Positions 61,349 through 64,000 of a stretch of 64,000 nt of DNA are shown here, one piece after another. The position numbers and the translations under genes were made by a program. Source of the stretch: Burkholderiaceae bacterium (GTDB lineage Bacteria > Pseudomonadota > Gammaproteobacteria > Burkholderiales > Burkholderiaceae_E); the NCBI GenBank assembly GCA_036675585.1, contig JAKFES010000042.1:14635-78634 (forward strand), read 5' to 3'. Within the stretch, counting starts at the first letter, position 1. Every line of letters begins with the position of its first letter. The notes beneath the pieces are model-generated. The model made no database searches, was not told the origin of the DNA, and was given only the letters and a program-made list of their open reading frames with translations.

Positions 61349-62569
61349 CTACTGCTCCTGTGGATTCCATGGTGAAACGGATTGCGAAAACGCCGTGCGC
61401 GCGGCCAGGCCGGCGACGGCTTCGATCGGCGCCCGGGCGGCGCGAGACCGCGCGCGGCGTCCGATCGGCAACTCGGCGACGCGCGCGGGCGCACCGAGCA
61501 ATTCGAGCGATGCCGCGACGACTTCGCTCGCGGGAACCCCGGCGAGGCACGCGTGCGTTCCGGTCGGGCACACGCTCTGGTAGCAATGGCGGCACGCAAC
61601 GTCGCGATTGAGCACGCGCGCGGGCACCTGCCAGGGGCCATGCTGCGGATTCGTCAACGCATACAGGTCGACGACCGGCGTGCCGAGCGCCGACGCGACG
61701 TGCACCGGCCCGGTGTTGTTCGCGACGAGCAGGTCGGCGCCCTCGATCGCCGCGCCGAGCTCGCCCAGCGCCAGGCGGCCCGACAGGTCGTGCACGCCTT
61801 CGAGGCCCTGCCGTCCCGATGCCTCGACGATGCGCGCGACCAGGTCGGCCTCGCTCGCGTCGCCGGTGAGCACCAGCGCACGCGGCTGCCGCGCTGCGAG
61901 CTCGCGCACGACCTCAGCGTAGCGCTCGGCCGGATATCGGCGCGACGGCGCGCTCGCGCCCGGGTGCACGACGATGCGCGGCGCCGCCGGATCGACGCCT
62001 GCGGCGCGCAGCTTGCCCGCGAGCGACGCGCGCTCGTGGTCGTGGACGCGGAACGAGAGGCGCGTGTCGGCCGGGCGCGGCGCGAACGACGCGACGAGAT
62101 CGAGCTGGCGCTCGGTCTCGTGGCGCAACTGGCGCTCGGGCTCGGTCTCGGGGACCCAGTCGGTCAGCAGCAGGTACGGGTTCTCGCGGCAGTGCGCAAG
62201 CCGCAGCGGAATGCCGGCCAGGCGGCAGACCAGCGCGGCGGCAAGCGGGCTCTGGCTGTACGCGGTGAAGATCACCGCCGCATCGAAGCGATGCGCGGCG
62301 AGCACGTCGATGAGCGCACGGTCCACGTCGCTCGGCGAGTCGTGCGAACGCTCGTTGCGCACCCACGGCGCCTCGTAGCGCAGCGTCGAGTCGATCTCCG
62401 GCACGTGCGCGGCGACGCGCACGCCCGACGCGGACGCGAGCAGCGTCAGCCGGCGCGACGGGCGCGCGCGCCGGATCGCACGCAGGGCCGGCGTCGTCAT
62501 CAGCACGTCGCCCATGTTGTCGAGCCGAACGCAGAGAATGCGCTCGGCACGCGCCCACGCGTCGTTCAT
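61349..62569 (-). CDS. Glycosyltransferase family 9 (heptosyltransferase II-like)
   Basis: VRLDNMGDVLMTTPALRA, VVHPGASAPSRRY, VANNTGPVHVASALG. Confidence 0.88.
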   Translation of the reverse strand: MNDAWARAERILCVRLDNMGDVLMTTPALRAIRRARPSRRLTLLASASGVRVAAHVPEIDSTLRYEAPWVRNERSHDSPSDVDRALIDVLAAHRFDAAVIFTAYSQSPLAAALVCRLAGIPLRLAHCRENPYLLLTDWVPETEPERQLRHETERQLDLVASFAPRPADTRLSFRVHDHERASLAGKLRAAGVDPAAPRIVVHPGASAPSRRYPAERYAEVVRELAARQPRALVLTGDASEADLVARIVEASGRQGLEGVHDLSGRLALGELGAAIEGADLLVANNTGPVHVASALGTPVVDLYALTNPQHGPWQVPARVLNRDVACRHCYQSVCPTGTHACLAGVPASEVVAASLELLGAPARVAELPIGRRARSRAARAPIEAVAGLAARTAFSQSVSPWNPQEQ

Positions 62570-63159
62570 GCCGGCAGTCCGAGCGCCTTGCGCGACCACG
62601 CCCCCACGATCAGTCGTGCCGCCTCGTGGAGATCGCGCACCAGATGATCGGGCCGGCGGAAGACCCCGCCGCGCCATTCGGTTTCGTTGCCGTTGCACAG
62701 CAGGACGCCGCGGCATCCGGCGCGCTTGCCGGCCTCGATGTCGTCGAGGATGTCGCCGACGAGCCACGAGCGCTTCAGGTCGATCGCATGCTCGTGCGCG
62801 GCACGATGCAGCAGCCCCGGCGCGGGCTTGCGGCACTCGCACGCAACGGAATACGGCGCGACGCTGCCCTGCGGGTGATGCGGGCAGAAATACGCGCCCG
62901 AGAGCGTCGCCCCGCACTCGTCGAACATCTCGGCCAGCCGTTCGCGCACCGCGTCGAGCCGCGACGCGTCGAAGTGCCCGAGGGCGACGCCCGCCTGGTT
63001 GCTGACGACGAACATCGGCACGTCGATTGGCGCGAGAGCCTCGAGCGCTTCGCGCGCACCGGGTGCGAAACGCATTTGCCGCGGATCGGCATTGAACGCA
63101 ACGTCGTCGAGCAGCGTTCCGTCCTTGTCGAAGAAGAGCGCGGGGCGCAAGCCGTTCAA
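62566..63159 (-). CDS. HAD-IIIA hydrolase, GmhB (D,D-heptose-1,7-bisphosphate phosphatase)-like
   Basis: FFDKDGTL (DxD), VVSNQAG, FCPHHP, CECRKPAPG, VGDILDDIEAG. TTG start inferred. Confidence 0.85.
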   Translation of the reverse strand: MNGLRPALFFDKDGTLLDDVAFNADPRQMRFAPGAREALEALAPIDVPMFVVSNQAGVALGHFDASRLDAVRERLAEMFDECGATLSGAYFCPHHPQGSVAPYSVACECRKPAPGLLHRAAHEHAIDLKRSWLVGDILDDIEAGKRAGCRGVLLCNGNETEWRGGVFRRPDHLVRDLHEAARLIVGAWSRKALGLPA

Positions 63160-63920
63160 GGCCACGATGTCTCCCGCATCGGCAACACCATCATTTCGGC
63201 AATCACGGTCTCGGCCGGCTGCAGGAGGACGAAGCGGATCGCCTGCGCGACGTTGCGCGGATCCTGCAACAGCGACGGATCGATGTCGGGAAAGCGCTCG
63301 AGCAGGAACGGCGTGCGCATCCCGCCGGCGACGATCGCGCACACCTTGATGCCTTTCGGTCGCAACTCCGCGTGCAATGCGTACGACAGTCCGAGCACGC
63401 CCCATTTCGTCGCGTGGTACGCGCTCGCATTCGGCCACGCGCGCTTGGACGCGGTCGACGCGATGTTCACGATCGTGCCGCCGCGCGCCCCCATCACCGT
63501 GCACGCCTGCCGCGCCATCAGGAACACACCGGTGAGATTCGTGCGGACGATGCGTTCCCAGTCGGACGGCTGCAGATCGGAGATCGGCGCCGTGACGTCG
63601 ATCGCCGCGCTGTTGACGAGCGCGTCGATCGTTCCGAAACGCTCGGCGACCTGCGTGAACAGGCGTTGCACCTGGCGCTCGTCGCCGACGTCGACGCCGA
63701 TCGCGATCGCCTCGACGCCTTCGTCGGCGAGCGCGCGCGCGTGCGCCTGTGCACGCTCGTCGGCAAGGTCGGCGACGACCACCCGCGCGCCGGCGGCGCC
63801 GAGCACGCGGCACGTCTCGTAGCCGAGCCCGCTCGCTGCGCCGGTGACGACGACGGTGCGGCCCGCGAGGCTTTCCGCGCCCGACGAGGCGCTGTCACTT
63901 CCAGCCGACGGCTGCGGCAT
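63156..63920 (-). CDS. SDR-family oxidoreductase
   Basis: VVTGAASGLG, LVNSAAI, YHATK (YxxxK); AGGAG SD. Confidence 0.9.
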   Translation of the reverse strand: MPQPSAGSDSASSGAESLAGRTVVVTGAASGLGYETCRVLGAAGARVVVADLADERAQAHARALADEGVEAIAIGVDVGDERQVQRLFTQVAERFGTIDALVNSAAIDVTAPISDLQPSDWERIVRTNLTGVFLMARQACTVMGARGGTIVNIASTASKRAWPNASAYHATKWGVLGLSYALHAELRPKGIKVCAIVAGGMRTPFLLERFPDIDPSLLQDPRNVAQAIRFVLLQPAETVIAEMMVLPMRETSWP

Positions 63921-64000
63921 CGATTCTCCTCATTCGAAGCTCGGAACGCGGCCGCGCGGCCAGAACGGGGCGCGCGAGACGATGCGACGGATCGATCCGC

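Overview
High-GC (roughly 70%, estimated by eye) bacterial chromosome segment, most likely from a betaproteobacterium (Burkholderiales-like; inferred from gene content and synteny). It looks like the origin-proximal region. A DnaA-box/IHF/AT-rich cluster lies between priA and hemE (~1.8-2.2 kb). The mnmG-rsmG-parA-parB-atpIBEFHAGDC block lies at 29.5-41.4 kb, with four parS palindromes at 41.5-43.4 kb. The remainder is housekeeping and accessory metabolism: hemE, acetoacetate-CoA ligase, folE, ilvD, pdxA, pckG, a UbiD-family decarboxylase with a TRAP transporter, a ligase-associated exonuclease plus ATP-dependent DNA ligase, a dehydrogenase/oxidase operon (mmsA-SMR-gabD-ADH-GMC-LhgO-like), small stress-type proteins, a large lipoprotein and an SDR-HAD-GT9-GT9-GT4 cluster at the right edge. 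I saw no rRNA, tRNA, CRISPR array, transposase, integrase or prophage. The most interesting unexplained signals are a two-hairpin element with complementary loops (kissing-loop/pseudoknot candidate) at 41833-41882, the candidate oriC ~40 kb from parS/mnmG, the orphan UbiD-TRAP unit, a Spy/CpxP-like protein with ~19 GPG repeats, and a G-tract/hairpin element between atpD and atpC. All calls come from reading the sequence and recognising motifs; no database search was run. Most long ORFs in the supplied track are shadow frames.
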